Positions 1 to 9,029 of a stretch of DNA of 64,000 nucleotides are shown one piece after another. The notes beneath the pieces are model-generated. The model had not been told where the DNA came from. It worked only from the letters and a program-made list of their open reading frames with translations, and made no database searches. Position numbers and translations under genes: made by a program. The stretch lies in the sequence record MN047793.1; one strand, written 5' to 3'. How positions within the stretch are numbered: the stretch's first letter is position 1; each line of letters begins with the position of its first letter.

Positions 1-203
1 AGCCTGGGGGTACGGGCTGTTTAGTTTGTAAATAAAAAGTAACTCATTAATATCCCAAACTTGTTTTCAGTGTAGGACAGGGGGGTACCCCTAGGGTATG
101 AGTTGTGGCTACTAGTTAACTGTACGGTGGCATAGTTGGTATCTCTAGTGACTGTGTAGATACTATAGCACCAACGTACTGCGATGTCAACTACTATCTT
201 CTA

Positions 204-292
204 TTGACATTGTGTAGAGTTTATTATAAGATGGATGGGAGGACGGGGATATAGTTAGGGGCTACAATAAACCCCAGCATTGTGCTAGGGTT
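204..292 (+). repeat. Promoter/mini-RNA module copy 1 of 8
   Basis: TTGACA-17-TAAGAT, GGATGGG, AGGACGGGG, then the CCCCAGC..GCTAGGG hairpin. Confidence 0.8.
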
Positions 293-303
293 ATGTGGTA
301 TAC

Positions 304-705
304 TTACGGCAGTGAGTCGATGGCTTTGTTAAACATGTCAACAATGAGTTGAGGGGATTGACGTTTAATATCATTGAATCTGAATATGATATTAGAAGGT
401 GAGCAATAACCGTCATTCACATCACGTGGACTAATGGTATTGGCTAGGGCTTTCACAGCTTCTAACCTATTGAGTGCAGCATAGTTAGTATCAAACGCTA
501 TATAGTTGCCATATTCATCTTCTGGATTAATGACTACCTTACATCCAGCAGCCTTAGCGATATGTCCAAGGGCACAGAAGCATAGGCCACCATCAGCATC
601 AGGGTTACGTGCTACTAGCAACCCTTTCCCTAAGTTGTGAGGATTAGCGAGGATGGCATCACGGGCTTCGGTGAGGATTTGCTTAGTGGTCTTCATAGTA
701 GTCAT
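304..705 (-). CDS. Hypothetical phage protein (CFCALG motif)
   Basis: 133-aa ORF with translational coupling to the upstream gene (TAATG). Confidence 0.75.
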   Translation of the reverse strand: MTTMKTTKQILTEARDAILANPHNLGKGLLVARNPDADGGLCFCALGHIAKAAGCKVVINPEDEYGNYIAFDTNYAALNRLEAVKALANTISPRDVNDGYCSPSNIIFRFNDIKRQSPQLIVDMFNKAIDSLP

Positions 706-869
706 TAACCTAAATCAAGAGCGTTAGAAGTTTTGGTAACCACCGATTCATATACTTGATACGCTTCGGAGTTGTGTTTATTATCCCGTTGCAGCTGAAT
801 CATCCGCGAGCCGACCAGCACAGCAATGGCGTTCAGTTCTTGCTCAGTGAGTTCGATGGTCTTAATCAT
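705..869 (-). CDS. Small hypothetical protein (54 aa, MIKTIELTEQ...)
   Basis: Hand-translated; AGGA RBS; stop overlaps the next start. Confidence 0.6.
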   Translation of the reverse strand: MIKTIELTEQELNAIAVLVGSRMIQLQRDNKHNSEAYQVYESVVTKTSNALDLG

Positions 870-1083
870 AAAAGTCCTGTGCGTAGTATTCTTGTTCGCT
901 CCGCTTATCGGAAGCTGCGTAACGGAATCGGCGGGATGACTGGCGTGTCATCTTGGTGATGTTGGCGGCATCGGATGTGGAGATATTAAGACCACCGACC
1001 ATCGTATACACCTTGGCCTTACGTGACTTAGTAATCTCCTGATACATTTTACGATTGGACTTACGTCGTTCACGATTGGACAT
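862..1083 (-). CDS. Basic hypothetical protein
   Basis: Start moved to MSNRERRK, downstream of the sigma70 promoter at ~1110-1140. Confidence 0.55.
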   Translation of the reverse strand: MSNRERRKSNRKMYQEITKSRKAKVYTMVGGLNISTSDAANITKMTRQSSRRFRYAASDKRSEQEYYAQDFYD

Positions 1084-1144
1084 GATGGTCACGGTGTTTG
1101 GTATGGGTGTATGGTACTTGACTCTATAATTTAAGTCAAGTAGT

Positions 1145-1564
1145 TTAGAGTTTATACCATCCCAATGCATCGAGTGCTTTGGTATTCAGGCCATACTGTT
1201 GAGCCACGTCACGCATGGTTTCATCATATTCTTTTTTGAATGCCTTACCCTTTTCAGGGATAACATTGTCATGTGCATTCTGCAAATCCGCCATAAACTT
1301 ACGATGGGTATTAGGGACCATACCGGATTGAGCTAGTGCACCCCACACGCTATTGCCACCATTTTCCACCTGTCCCATGAGGTCAGCCGACTTACGACCT
1401 TCGTTCGTGAGGAATGGGGCAGCGTTGCAACCTGTGCCACCATACTGGCATGCTCCATTCTTATTGATGGACTGCTTACCAGTGGTTCCGATATGCTTAA
1501 CAGCGGTATCGAAAATGGTCTGTTCACTCATTTGCGAGAAGTTGCGGACAGTGATGAAAGGCAT
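1145..1564 (-). CDS. Hypothetical protein, paralog family A copy 1
   Basis: FDxAVxHIGxTG..CxYxGxGCNAAP..LQxxHD shared with 2692 and 3618 ORFs. Confidence 0.8.
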   Translation of the reverse strand: MPFITVRNFSQMSEQTIFDTAVKHIGTTGKQSINKNGACQYGGTGCNAAPFLTNEGRKSADLMGQVENGGNSVWGALAQSGMVPNTHRKFMADLQNAHDNVIPEKGKAFKKEYDETMRDVAQQYGLNTKALDALGWYKL

Positions 1565-1754
1565 GATGGTTGCTCGATTGATTTTGTGTTATTGTACTAG
1601 TCTTAACTTATAACGTCAAGCGCTTAAGATGTCCCAGTTATAGGCATCCTGCAATTCGAATGCATCCATGGTATCCAGTGCGTCATTAAACTGGTCATGG
1701 GTTGGATTGTTTGCCAACCACTTGGTAAGTTCATCTTTCGACATACGCGAGAAA

Positions 1755-1973
1755 TTAATCACGAAGCCCCCGGATTGCGTCAGGAATTTGTGTAACGGAT
1801 TCATCCAGCTTCAGGAAAAATGCGACAGGATACCTCGCCGCGACAGTGTTGGCGAAATGCTCATCATTGTCGAAACGGTACCACTTATAATCGCTACCTT
1901 GGTAGCACCAGTGGCCTTGTGCATTGGTGTGATGGACGTTGGACGTGTGCAGATGTTGGAAGCGACGAGCCAT
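1755..1973 (-). CDS. Hypothetical protein
   Basis: 72-aa ORF, GAAGGA RBS, own promoter. Confidence 0.6.
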   Translation of the reverse strand: MARRFQHLHTSNVHHTNAQGHWCYQGSDYKWYRFDNDEHFANTVAARYPVAFFLKLDESVTQIPDAIRGLRD

Positions 1974-2026
1974 GTTACCGTTCCTTCAGTGTATGTGTTG
2001 TCAGTATACCACGATTTTACTACTTG

Positions 2027-2293
2027 TCAATATTTCTTGTGGCTTTGTTTGGTATACTTGCGCCAGTTGGGATGCCGGGCTTCGAACGGAGTAAACTCAC
2101 GGGTCACCGGCCCTTCTACCAGCTTGATATGCGCATCACGGAGAATCGTACCGTTGGACTTAATCGAGGCCTTGCCCACGATGGTGACGATGTAGACACG
2201 ACCTTCATACATGCTTTCGAACGTGTCACCGGGCTTCTTTCCGGGATACGTACCGAAAAAGTCAACACTGACGGGTGTGGTATATTCGAGCAT
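2027..2293 (-). CDS. Hypothetical protein
   Basis: GGAG RBS before MLEYTT. Confidence 0.6.
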   Translation of the reverse strand: MLEYTTPVSVDFFGTYPGKKPGDTFESMYEGRVYIVTIVGKASIKSNGTILRDAHIKLVEGPVTREFTPFEARHPNWRKYTKQSHKKY

Positions 2294-2307
2294 GTCTGAG
2301 CACTCCA

Positions 2308-2526
2308 TTATTGTGGAATTCCAACCAAATCAGTGAAGATGTAACGATTGTCCTGTTTCGTCAGTCGCCACAAGACTAGTTGCGGCTGATACGTGTGTAT
2401 GAAATCACGCAATACTTTTTTGTCATATCCGCGATGGACCACCATATGCTCAGTGAGTGCATCAAGGGGTTCGCCCTGTAATGCTTGCTGGTCTTCATCT
2501 TTGTGGACTGCGCAATAGTATTCCAT
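2308..2526 (-). CDS. Hypothetical protein
   Basis: 72-aa ORF with TTGACA-16-TATAAT promoter at 2553-2580. Confidence 0.65.
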   Translation of the reverse strand: MEYYCAVHKDEDQQALQGEPLDALTEHMVVHRGYDKKVLRDFIHTYQPQLVLWRLTKQDNRYIFTDLVGIPQ

Positions 2527-2594
2527 GGGAGTAGTCTTGTTGGTATGTGTAAATTATAGCAGCATAAAAAGTATTGTCAACTATAATTTTGGGG

Positions 2595-2682
2595 TTGACA
2601 TGATCTAAATTATAATGTAAAATGGATGGCAGGACGGGAGAGTACACTGGCCCAAAAAGAAACCCCAGCTTGTGCTAGGGTT
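2595..2682 (+). repeat. Promoter/mini-RNA module copy 2
   Basis: TTGACA-17-TAAAAT GGATGGC AGGACGGGAG, then the hairpin. Confidence 0.85.
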
Positions 2683-2691
2683 TGAGGTGTA

Positions 2692-3072
2692 TTACCATCC
2701 TAGGTTGTCGAGGATGGTACTATCCAGTCCGTAGGTTTTTGCAAGTTTTAGCATTCTACTGTCATAATCACTTTTGAATGTAATGGGGTCTGAGTCATCA
2801 TGTGCAGATTGCAGTTGTTCAATGAATGCAGCATTATTTTTCGGGACATACTTATTTACAGCGAGTTGCGGCCATGAGCCATAGATGTCTGCAAGTTCGC
2901 GCACATCTTCACGCAACAGCGGTGCAGCATTGCAGCCAGACCCACTATACAGACATTTACCAAACGTATTAACCGACTTGACCCCAGTGCTGCCAATATG
3001 CGTGACCGCCATGTCGAAAAGCTTCTGTCTGGTCAGCTTGGAGAATCCGGGAATGGTGAGATAGTTGGGCAT
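2692..3072 (-). CDS. Hypothetical protein, paralog family A copy 2
   Basis: Clear similarity to 1145 and 3618 ORFs. Confidence 0.8.
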   Translation of the reverse strand: MPNYLTIPGFSKLTRQKLFDMAVTHIGSTGVKSVNTFGKCLYSGSGCNAAPLLREDVRELADIYGSWPQLAVNKYVPKNNAAFIEQLQSAHDDSDPITFKSDYDSRMLKLAKTYGLDSTILDNLGW

Positions 3073-3109
3073 AGCTAGTTGTCTTTAAAGGATGAGGGTA
3101 TTATAGCAC

Positions 3110-3553
3110 TTATTCAGGGTCACTGCCATTACATGTTTTGCGAATCAGCAATTCAATTGCCAATTGCATGACCAGTGGCATTGCCTTATATTCCGGACCA
3201 ATAACAGGACAACTGTAGACCAAATCGTATGGTTTGGTGCTATCCACATTATCGATGAAAATCTGGAGACGTGCGCTATTCGTATCCAAGCCTACCGTGT
3301 CATATTGTGCATCCCATGGGAGCATCAAACGCCACCGCAAGCGGGCAGGGTCAATATCCAACAGATAACCAGTTTCATTAATAGCTTTGATGACGGTTGT
3401 CCGCACATAACTATCAATTACCAAATGCGTGAATCCTTCACGCACTAAATCAGCAGGATACTTATGGCTCGAACAATTCGGTGATACTTTACTATGATAC
3501 TTCCATCTATTAGCGCATTTGACGGAAGCCAACAGAAGAGGATACATGGACAT
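3110..3553 (-). CDS. Hypothetical protein
   Basis: 147-aa ORF. Confidence 0.6.
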   Translation of the reverse strand: MSMYPLLLASVKCANRWKYHSKVSPNCSSHKYPADLVREGFTHLVIDSYVRTTVIKAINETGYLLDIDPARLRWRLMLPWDAQYDTVGLDTNSARLQIFIDNVDSTKPYDLVYSCPVIGPEYKAMPLVMQLAIELLIRKTCNGSDPE

Positions 3554-3617
3554 GTTACAATCCTTACGCGTAGGTATTGATGGTGAAGGGTTTGAGGTGT
3601 ATTACCATCCTAGGTGA

Positions 3618-4028
3618 TTATACTTTCCACTTGATACGGAGAGCATCTAGTTCGGTGCTATTGAGGTTGTGGGATTTTGCCAGGGCTTGCATATTAATTA
3701 GATATGCCTTACGGAATGATGCAGTCAAATTGCTTGCATATTTCCCACTATTATCATGTACCTCTTGAAGTTCTACAATAAATTTGACGTTATGTGCAGG
3801 AGCCATATCCTCTCCTACCAATTCAGACCATGAACCATACGCGTCAGCATCCTGTCGCATATCTTCACGCAACATCGGTGCAGCATTGCAGCCAGTCCCA
3901 CTATAGATACACTTACCATGTACATTAACCGACTTGACACCAGTGGTACCAATATGCTTGACTGCCATATCGAACATCTTCTGTTTGGTCAGCTTGGTGA
4001 ATCCGGGGATAGTGATATAGTTAGACAT
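3618..4028 (-). CDS. Hypothetical protein, paralog family A copy 3
   Basis: Start set at MSNYITIPG by alignment with paralogs. Confidence 0.8.
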   Translation of the reverse strand: MSNYITIPGFTKLTKQKMFDMAVKHIGTTGVKSVNVHGKCIYSGTGCNAAPMLREDMRQDADAYGSWSELVGEDMAPAHNVKFIVELQEVHDNSGKYASNLTASFRKAYLINMQALAKSHNLNSTELDALRIKWKV

Positions 4029-4038
4029 GTTGCATGCC

Positions 4039-4263
4039 TTATGCGTAGGTATTGATGGTGAAGGGCTTGATGACATTGACGGGAATGCTGTACACACAGC
4101 CATCGCCGTTCACTTTGAGCATGGGGATATGTTCAACACCAGTGCGGCGAGTATCGGAATGCGACATATCTGCCATCGGATTGTGATTCTTGGATTCAAC
4201 CATCACGGTTCCAGCAGCCAGACCCATACCATCGTGCTTATGAGTCAGAGTGAAAAGTGCCAT
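4039..4263 (-). CDS. Hypothetical protein
   Basis: 74-aa ORF with own promoter and RBS. Confidence 0.65.
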   Translation of the reverse strand: MALFTLTHKHDGMGLAAGTVMVESKNHNPMADMSHSDTRRTGVEHIPMLKVNGDGCVYSIPVNVIKPFTINTYA

Positions 4264-4321
4264 GATGTTGTTCTCTTGTGGTGTGGGTTAATTATAGCAC
4301 CACAAAATGGATTGTCAACAC

Positions 4322-4876
4322 TTATTGTACAGCAATTAGCATTTCTTGCAGTTCACGATTTTCGATGACAGCAGTCAGCTTGTATACACTGAACGTACCA
4401 TCAAAGTGTGCGATGATATCGAACGCTTCACCCTTAGCATTGATGTGGCGGGTTACCTTGGGCGCAGCAGGAGTTTCCGGCTGATTGATATCGTACTGTT
4501 CAGTTTCATCTTTAAGTGAAGTAGAAAACTGATTAATGAAGCTATCTAGCTGTTCCAGAGCATCATCGAAATCGCGTGGAGTAGTGTTAAACAGGTCATC
4601 ACTTCCCGGACCAAAGTAGAAGGGAAGTAATGCCTTAACTTCGAGCCAACGGCCAAACATTGACGCTCTGGCAATTCTATAGATTGATTGTTGCAGTTCA
4701 TCAGGAAGCACACCACCGGCATGAAATGCTCGGTGGATAAAACACCCGGAATTACTAGCATCTTCAGCATCAAACTGAACATTTCCCCCATTGAAATATT
4801 CAGGGTCGATATTATCGGCAAACTTTCGCAGTTTTACCAGATTAGCTAGTTGTTGCTCGGCAGTTAGTGTAGTCAT
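4322..4876 (-). CDS. Hypothetical protein
   Basis: 184-aa ORF. Confidence 0.7.
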   Translation of the reverse strand: MTTLTAEQQLANLVKLRKFADNIDPEYFNGGNVQFDAEDASNSGCFIHRAFHAGGVLPDELQQSIYRIARASMFGRWLEVKALLPFYFGPGSDDLFNTTPRDFDDALEQLDSFINQFSTSLKDETEQYDINQPETPAAPKVTRHINAKGEAFDIIAHFDGTFSVYKLTAVIENRELQEMLIAVQ

Positions 4877-4905
4877 TTTAGTATTCCGTTATAATAGGGA
4901 TTATA

Positions 4906-5352
4906 TCAATTGGTAGTTATATTGCGTAACATTTCCTCTCGCTTACTCAAGTCAATGAGCTTAGCGCTGTACTTTTTAATTTCATTCGCTGCTAACGCCT
5001 GGGCGGTTAGATTCAAGGTATTAATGGCAGTCTTCATATTGTTCATTGCAAGTTCAAGCGACTGCTTAGCGTCATTAATTTCTTGCTCGATACGCGTCAT
5101 ATCATAGTTTACGGATTTGACGGGTGTCGTAACATACTCGATTGTAGCAACCTTGATATCAGTCGCTTGACGATACATGTATTCGATGTCAACACCACAA
5201 ACTGCATGCTCAGCGCTATCAAACAAGTGTGCACGGGTAATGATATCCTGCCAAAACGGATACCCGCCACTACTGGCGTCAATATCAACATACACCACTT
5301 TACCCGCAAAGGGGGCAGAAACACCAATACCCATAACGATAAATTTATTCAT
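4906..5352 (-). CDS. Hypothetical protein with coiled-coil C-terminus
   Basis: GGAG RBS before MNKFIV. Confidence 0.7.
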   Translation of the reverse strand: MNKFIVMGIGVSAPFAGKVVYVDIDASSGGYPFWQDIITRAHLFDSAEHAVCGVDIEYMYRQATDIKVATIEYVTTPVKSVNYDMTRIEQEINDAKQSLELAMNNMKTAINTLNLTAQALAANEIKKYSAKLIDLSKREEMLRNITTN

Positions 5353-5382
5353 GGCGACATGACTCCAATAGTTTATTATAAT

Positions 5383-5418
5383 ATAATAAAAGGCTTGACA
5401 TGTCAAGCCTTTTATTAT
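5383..5418. repeat. 36-bp perfect palindrome (terminator overlapping a -35 box)
   Basis: ATAATAAAAGGCTTGACA|TGTCAAGCCTTTTATTAT. Confidence 0.85.
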
Positions 5419-5802
5419 GTGATGTTGGGTTTACTTGACCAGATACTTCGCGACGGTATCATTTTCAATCGTTTCGAAGATAGCCCAAAATTCTTGAATC
5501 TTGGGCGGGAATGCTCCCGCTGTCGAATGCAGTGACCCCATATCATCCCCCTGCGTTTGATTGGGGGTGTATGCCTTATCACTCAGGACCAATGACGATG
5601 GACCATGTACAGCTTCGAAGGCTTGAATAGCGACCGCATAACGCATCAAACTGGTAATGCAGAAGTTCGTAATCAGAGTGCCACCCCCATAGATATGATT
5701 ATGGTTAAGGTCGGATTCGGTAAGGTGCATGACGTAGGCCAATTGGGTTAGTGTGTGCTCATTATAACGCATCAAAATCAAATGTCAACTATAATTTTGG
5801 GG

Positions 5803-5893
5803 TTGACGTGATCTAAATTATAGTGTAAAATGGATGGCAGGACGGGAGCATAGGCTAACCCAAAATAAAACCCCAGCTGCTACGCCAGGGTTT
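5803..5893 (+). repeat. Promoter/mini-RNA module copy 3
   Basis: TTGACG-17-TAAAAT GGATGGC AGGACGGGAGCATAGGCTAA. Confidence 0.85.
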
Positions 5894-5898
5894 ACATA

Positions 5899-6090
5899 TT
5901 ACTTGGATTGCGGGAAGATGATTGCAGCAGCTTCATTGACACTATTGGCATACCCCAAGACTTGATAGACCTCTTCCCCCTTGGCGTTTTGTGTGGGGTT
6001 CTGGCTGACGTTCCGGATGAGGAAGCCAGGGCTATTCGGGGCATCGATGGACTTGATGACAACGAACCTTGCATATTTCTGCGGCAACAT
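5899..6090 (-). CDS. Hypothetical protein
   Basis: AGGAG RBS before MLPQKY. Confidence 0.65.
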   Translation of the reverse strand: MLPQKYARFVVIKSIDAPNSPGFLIRNVSQNPTQNAKGEEVYQVLGYANSVNEAAAIIFPQSK

Positions 6091-6140
6091 GGCTAACACT
6101 CCTGTGATGTGAGTTAATTATAGCATTCTATTGCTAAATG

Positions 6141-6320
6141 TCAAGAGGCTTTTAGAGATAGTTCGTGTATTTTTGTCTTAGCATCGATAACGCTATTGGC
6201 GTAATCTACCACCTCACTGCCGATAGTTCCATCTGACAACATTGTATGGTCTTCGCCATCATTGTTGGTAAAGTAATACGTCCCTGTTGACAAAACTCGG
6301 ATAATGATGTACGGCGACAT
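6141..6320 (-). CDS. Hypothetical protein
   Basis: Short ORF with upstream promoter. Confidence 0.5.
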   Translation of the reverse strand: MSPYIIIRVLSTGTYYFTNNDGEDHTMLSDGTIGSEVVDYANSVIDAKTKIHELSLKAS

Positions 6321-6534
6321 TACGATTCTCAATTATTAATTAATGTGATTGGCGTTCCTTAGTATGTGATAATCATACTCGATTATAATTTAACTGTCAA
6401 GCATTTGACGCTTGATTTTATTGAGAAAATGTGATCAGGTTCACATTGTCAGGCCCTTGGCTAGGTTAACTGATTCACATAACAGAAAGGCCAGGATTGC
6501 TCCCGGCCCTTGAGTGTGCTATAATTGATGTTAC

Positions 6535-6750
6535 CTATGCCTGAATGGAACGGAAGTATTGACGCAGTTGGGTTTCGACCTGATGCAGGGTGTAGCACAG
6601 CCGTCCCTCAATCTTAACGATGTTGGCCGGGTGCCTATCCATATGCTTTGCACACAGGTCATAACCATATCGCTCATTAATCATTTCATGCCGTTGCAAC
6701 TCTTTACTGTACCGGTTATAACGAATGATGGTGGCAGTACGCTTAGACAT
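6535..6750 (-). CDS. Hypothetical protein
   Basis: AAGGA RBS before MSKRTAT; terminator at ~6485-6512. Confidence 0.6.
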   Translation of the reverse strand: MSKRTATIIRYNRYSKELQRHEMINERYGYDLCAKHMDRHPANIVKIEGRLCYTLHQVETQLRQYFRSIQA

Positions 6751-6775
6751 GCAATTATCCTTGAATATGAACGAC

Positions 6776-7015
6776 TTAGAAGCAGCGGTGTGACTTCGAT
6801 TCAGCGCGCGAACGCTTCCAGCCTTCCAGCGTGTACAGCTTGTTGCGAATGTCGTTTTCCACCAGCACGTATTCAGGACGATATCGCATAGCGAACAAGT
6901 CCCGCAGCATCGTGTAATGCTCAATCAGAATGTCTAAATCGGCATCATTGATGGGGGTAACGGTGGTGTGAAAATCACTGTCGATTTTCTGGAAATGAGC
7001 ATTAGCGTCTTTCAT
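6776..7015 (-). CDS. Hypothetical protein
   Basis: AAGGA RBS before MKDANAH. Confidence 0.6.
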   Translation of the reverse strand: MKDANAHFQKIDSDFHTTVTPINDADLDILIEHYTMLRDLFAMRYRPEYVLVENDIRNKLYTLEGWKRSRAESKSHRCF

Positions 7016-7037
7016 GGCGGTATCCTTGGGATTCGTA

Positions 7038-7346
7038 TTACAGTGCATTTTTAATCAGTCGCATGATTTCGAGTGAATCATTGCGATAGAATTTAACGAA
7101 GTGATGAACCCCATGAACGTCCACGAAAATATAATATGCCGTGGCTTCCGTATCATCTTGCTCATCCCAATCAGCAACCCCAATATTGTCATATGGGATA
7201 ATGAAGTAATCTTCATCTTCACCATCATCAAAATTGAACATAAAACATTCATTCGATGGGACATACGCCACACCAGTAATCGTTCTCCCATTCATAATGA
7301 TGAGAAATTGATTAAACAATTTTAGCACTGCTTCAGCATTGTTCAT
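7038..7346 (-). CDS. Acidic hypothetical protein
   Basis: AGGA RBS before MNNAEAV. Confidence 0.65.
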   Translation of the reverse strand: MNNAEAVLKLFNQFLIIMNGRTITGVAYVPSNECFMFNFDDGEDEDYFIIPYDNIGVADWDEQDDTEATAYYIFVDVHGVHHFVKFYRNDSLEIMRLIKNAL

Positions 7347-7518
7347 ATTAGCTGTCCTGCTTGTTGCGATGTTTGGCATTACGCTTATAATCATTCTTAC
7401 GGTCACGATGGGTCGCGGCCTTGTTGAATTTGTGTGCGTGCTTGGCGACCGGGTTATTCATGACACTCTCCGTGGTTGATGTGTGTCATTATACTTATAA
7501 TTTACCAGTTGTCAAGCA

Positions 7519-7896
7519 CTATTTGTTAGCATTAATGATTTTTACGGCCAGACTTTCAAAGTCATCAAAGAAGCTACGAACCTCGCTGAGTCCAGCACTA
7601 TGACCACGTTCATATGCAATATCCATTACAATGGCATAGGTAACATCATTGAGGGTCATATTTTGCTTACGATGCAGCGCATTCCACCGTTCGATAATAT
7701 CATTACGACGGTTGCGAGCCTCAACACACGCAGCCTCAAATTCGGCCATTTGCGCTTCATATTTACGCATTTTTACGGCAAGGTCTTCAGCGTCTTTTGA
7801 CGTGGTGATGAGAGTAGATGGACGTTTAGGGCGAGAAACTGCGGCAGTATCGCGTTGCCGCAATTCAGCTTCCAGAGATTCCAAAGTGTCATTCAT
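7519..7896 (-). CDS. Coiled-coil hypothetical protein
   Basis: AAGGA RBS before MNDTLES. Confidence 0.65.
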   Translation of the reverse strand: MNDTLESLEAELRQRDTAAVSRPKRPSTLITTSKDAEDLAVKMRKYEAQMAEFEAACVEARNRRNDIIERWNALHRKQNMTLNDVTYAIVMDIAYERGHSAGLSEVRSFFDDFESLAVKIINANK

Positions 7897-7898
7897 TA

Positions 7899-8060
7899 TC
7901 ACTTTCCTTGATTGAGGGCAAAAAGGGTGAGGGTACCGACGAACCACAACAGCGAGATAAATGCCCAGCTGGTCACCTTGGGAAACCTGCAACCATTGTT
8001 ATTAGCTTCACGCAGGGTCAGGATGACAAGAATGAGGCTGATAAGGTTCCAGAGAAGCAT
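7899..8060 (-). CDS. Small two-TM membrane protein (53 aa)
   Basis: Hand-translated MLLWNLISLILVILTL...WAFISLLWFVGTLTLFALNQGK; own promoter. Confidence 0.6.
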   Translation of the reverse strand: MLLWNLISLILVILTLREANNNGCRFPKVTSWAFISLLWFVGTLTLFALNQGK

Positions 8061-8290
8061 GGTGGTGTGTCCGTTGTTGGTATGTGTTAATTATACTGGA
8101 TCACACTACGATGTCAAGCACTTTTTGCAAATAAAAATGCCGGCTAATATAGCCGGCATTGTGTCTATAGAGTAAGATAAGTATGTTCATGTTACATGAC
8201 TCTAACCCCCTCAATTGAAATTGCTCAGGTTTATGGGAATGTACCCGCCTCAAGAAACATTAGATTACGATGGTGAGTCTAGTTTGTCAA

Positions 8291-8557
8291 CTACTTTTTA
8301 GCGTTCTGTGCTTCGTCTGCGAGGAATGCTGCACGACGCAACTCATTGTAATTTTCCGGGATATCAATGAACGGTACGATTTTGTCAATTTTCGCCCATG
8401 CATTGATAGAATGTGCACACGGCCTGCAATAATATGCTTGGGTCTCGCGGTTATAGCAGAATGCCGTGTTAGGAGCCTGACACTGTGTGCGGTTGCAACT
8501 GCCACCTTTCTTGCCCTTGTCGTCACGAATGGTCTTGGCATGTGGATTGGTAAGCAT
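8291..8557 (-). CDS. Cys-rich zinc-finger-like hypothetical protein
   Basis: CNRTQC...YYCRPC. Confidence 0.65.
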   Translation of the reverse strand: MLTNPHAKTIRDDKGKKGGSCNRTQCQAPNTAFCYNRETQAYYCRPCAHSINAWAKIDKIVPFIDIPENYNELRRAAFLADEAQNAKK

Positions 8558-8595
8558 GGTGGCAATTCCTTGTGGTGTGTTAATTATAGCGCTTA

Positions 8596-8967
8596 TTATG
8601 CAAGCGGTCTCGAATTCATGCATTGTACAGCAGTCGCAGAAATAACCAAATCAATCACTTGAGTGATGTCGCTAGCCACTCCAATATGGGTTTCCAACGA
8701 CACCACGAACGTACCGCCATCACCCGGAGTCACCACGAAACGATTACCATTCGGCAGCGTATGATAGCTCGGAGAAAGTTTAGCTTCTTGCCGTACACTA
8801 TCGCGATAAGCCTCTACCACGTCTTTTACTTCTTTCAAGCTACGACCATGCAATTCAGCACGAAGTGACTTGATAGCCGGAACCATGTGGTTATTGCGAG
8901 CGTACAGCTTCCATTGAGCACTGCTAGTAAATGAATTGATGATATCAGTGATGTCAGTCGGATTCAT
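8596..8967 (-). CDS. Protein with a ribosomal L7/L12 C-terminal-like motif
   Basis: VPAIKSLRAELHGRSLKEVKDVVE resembles the bL12 CTD pattern AIKxxRxxTGxGLKEAKxxVE. Confidence 0.5.
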   Translation of the reverse strand: MNPTDITDIINSFTSSAQWKLYARNNHMVPAIKSLRAELHGRSLKEVKDVVEAYRDSVRQEAKLSPSYHTLPNGNRFVVTPGDGGTFVVSLETHIGVASDITQVIDLVISATAVQCMNSRPLA

Positions 8968-9029
8968 GATAATGTCCTTGTTAGTTTGTGTGTTAATTAT
9001 AACACTACAAATCGTAATGTCAACACATA

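Noticed and set aside
2622-2678. Translated micro-ORF MDGRTG(A/I)* within the repeated module
   Set aside because: Six of eight copies have a stop at codon 8, but the ATG overlaps the conserved -10 hexamer and lies upstream of the predicted +1. It is disfavoured unless TSS mapping shows an upstream start.
5431-5781. 116-aa ORF as annotated
   Set aside because: Its start lies upstream of its own promoter and no clear RBS fixes a shorter start, so it was not called.
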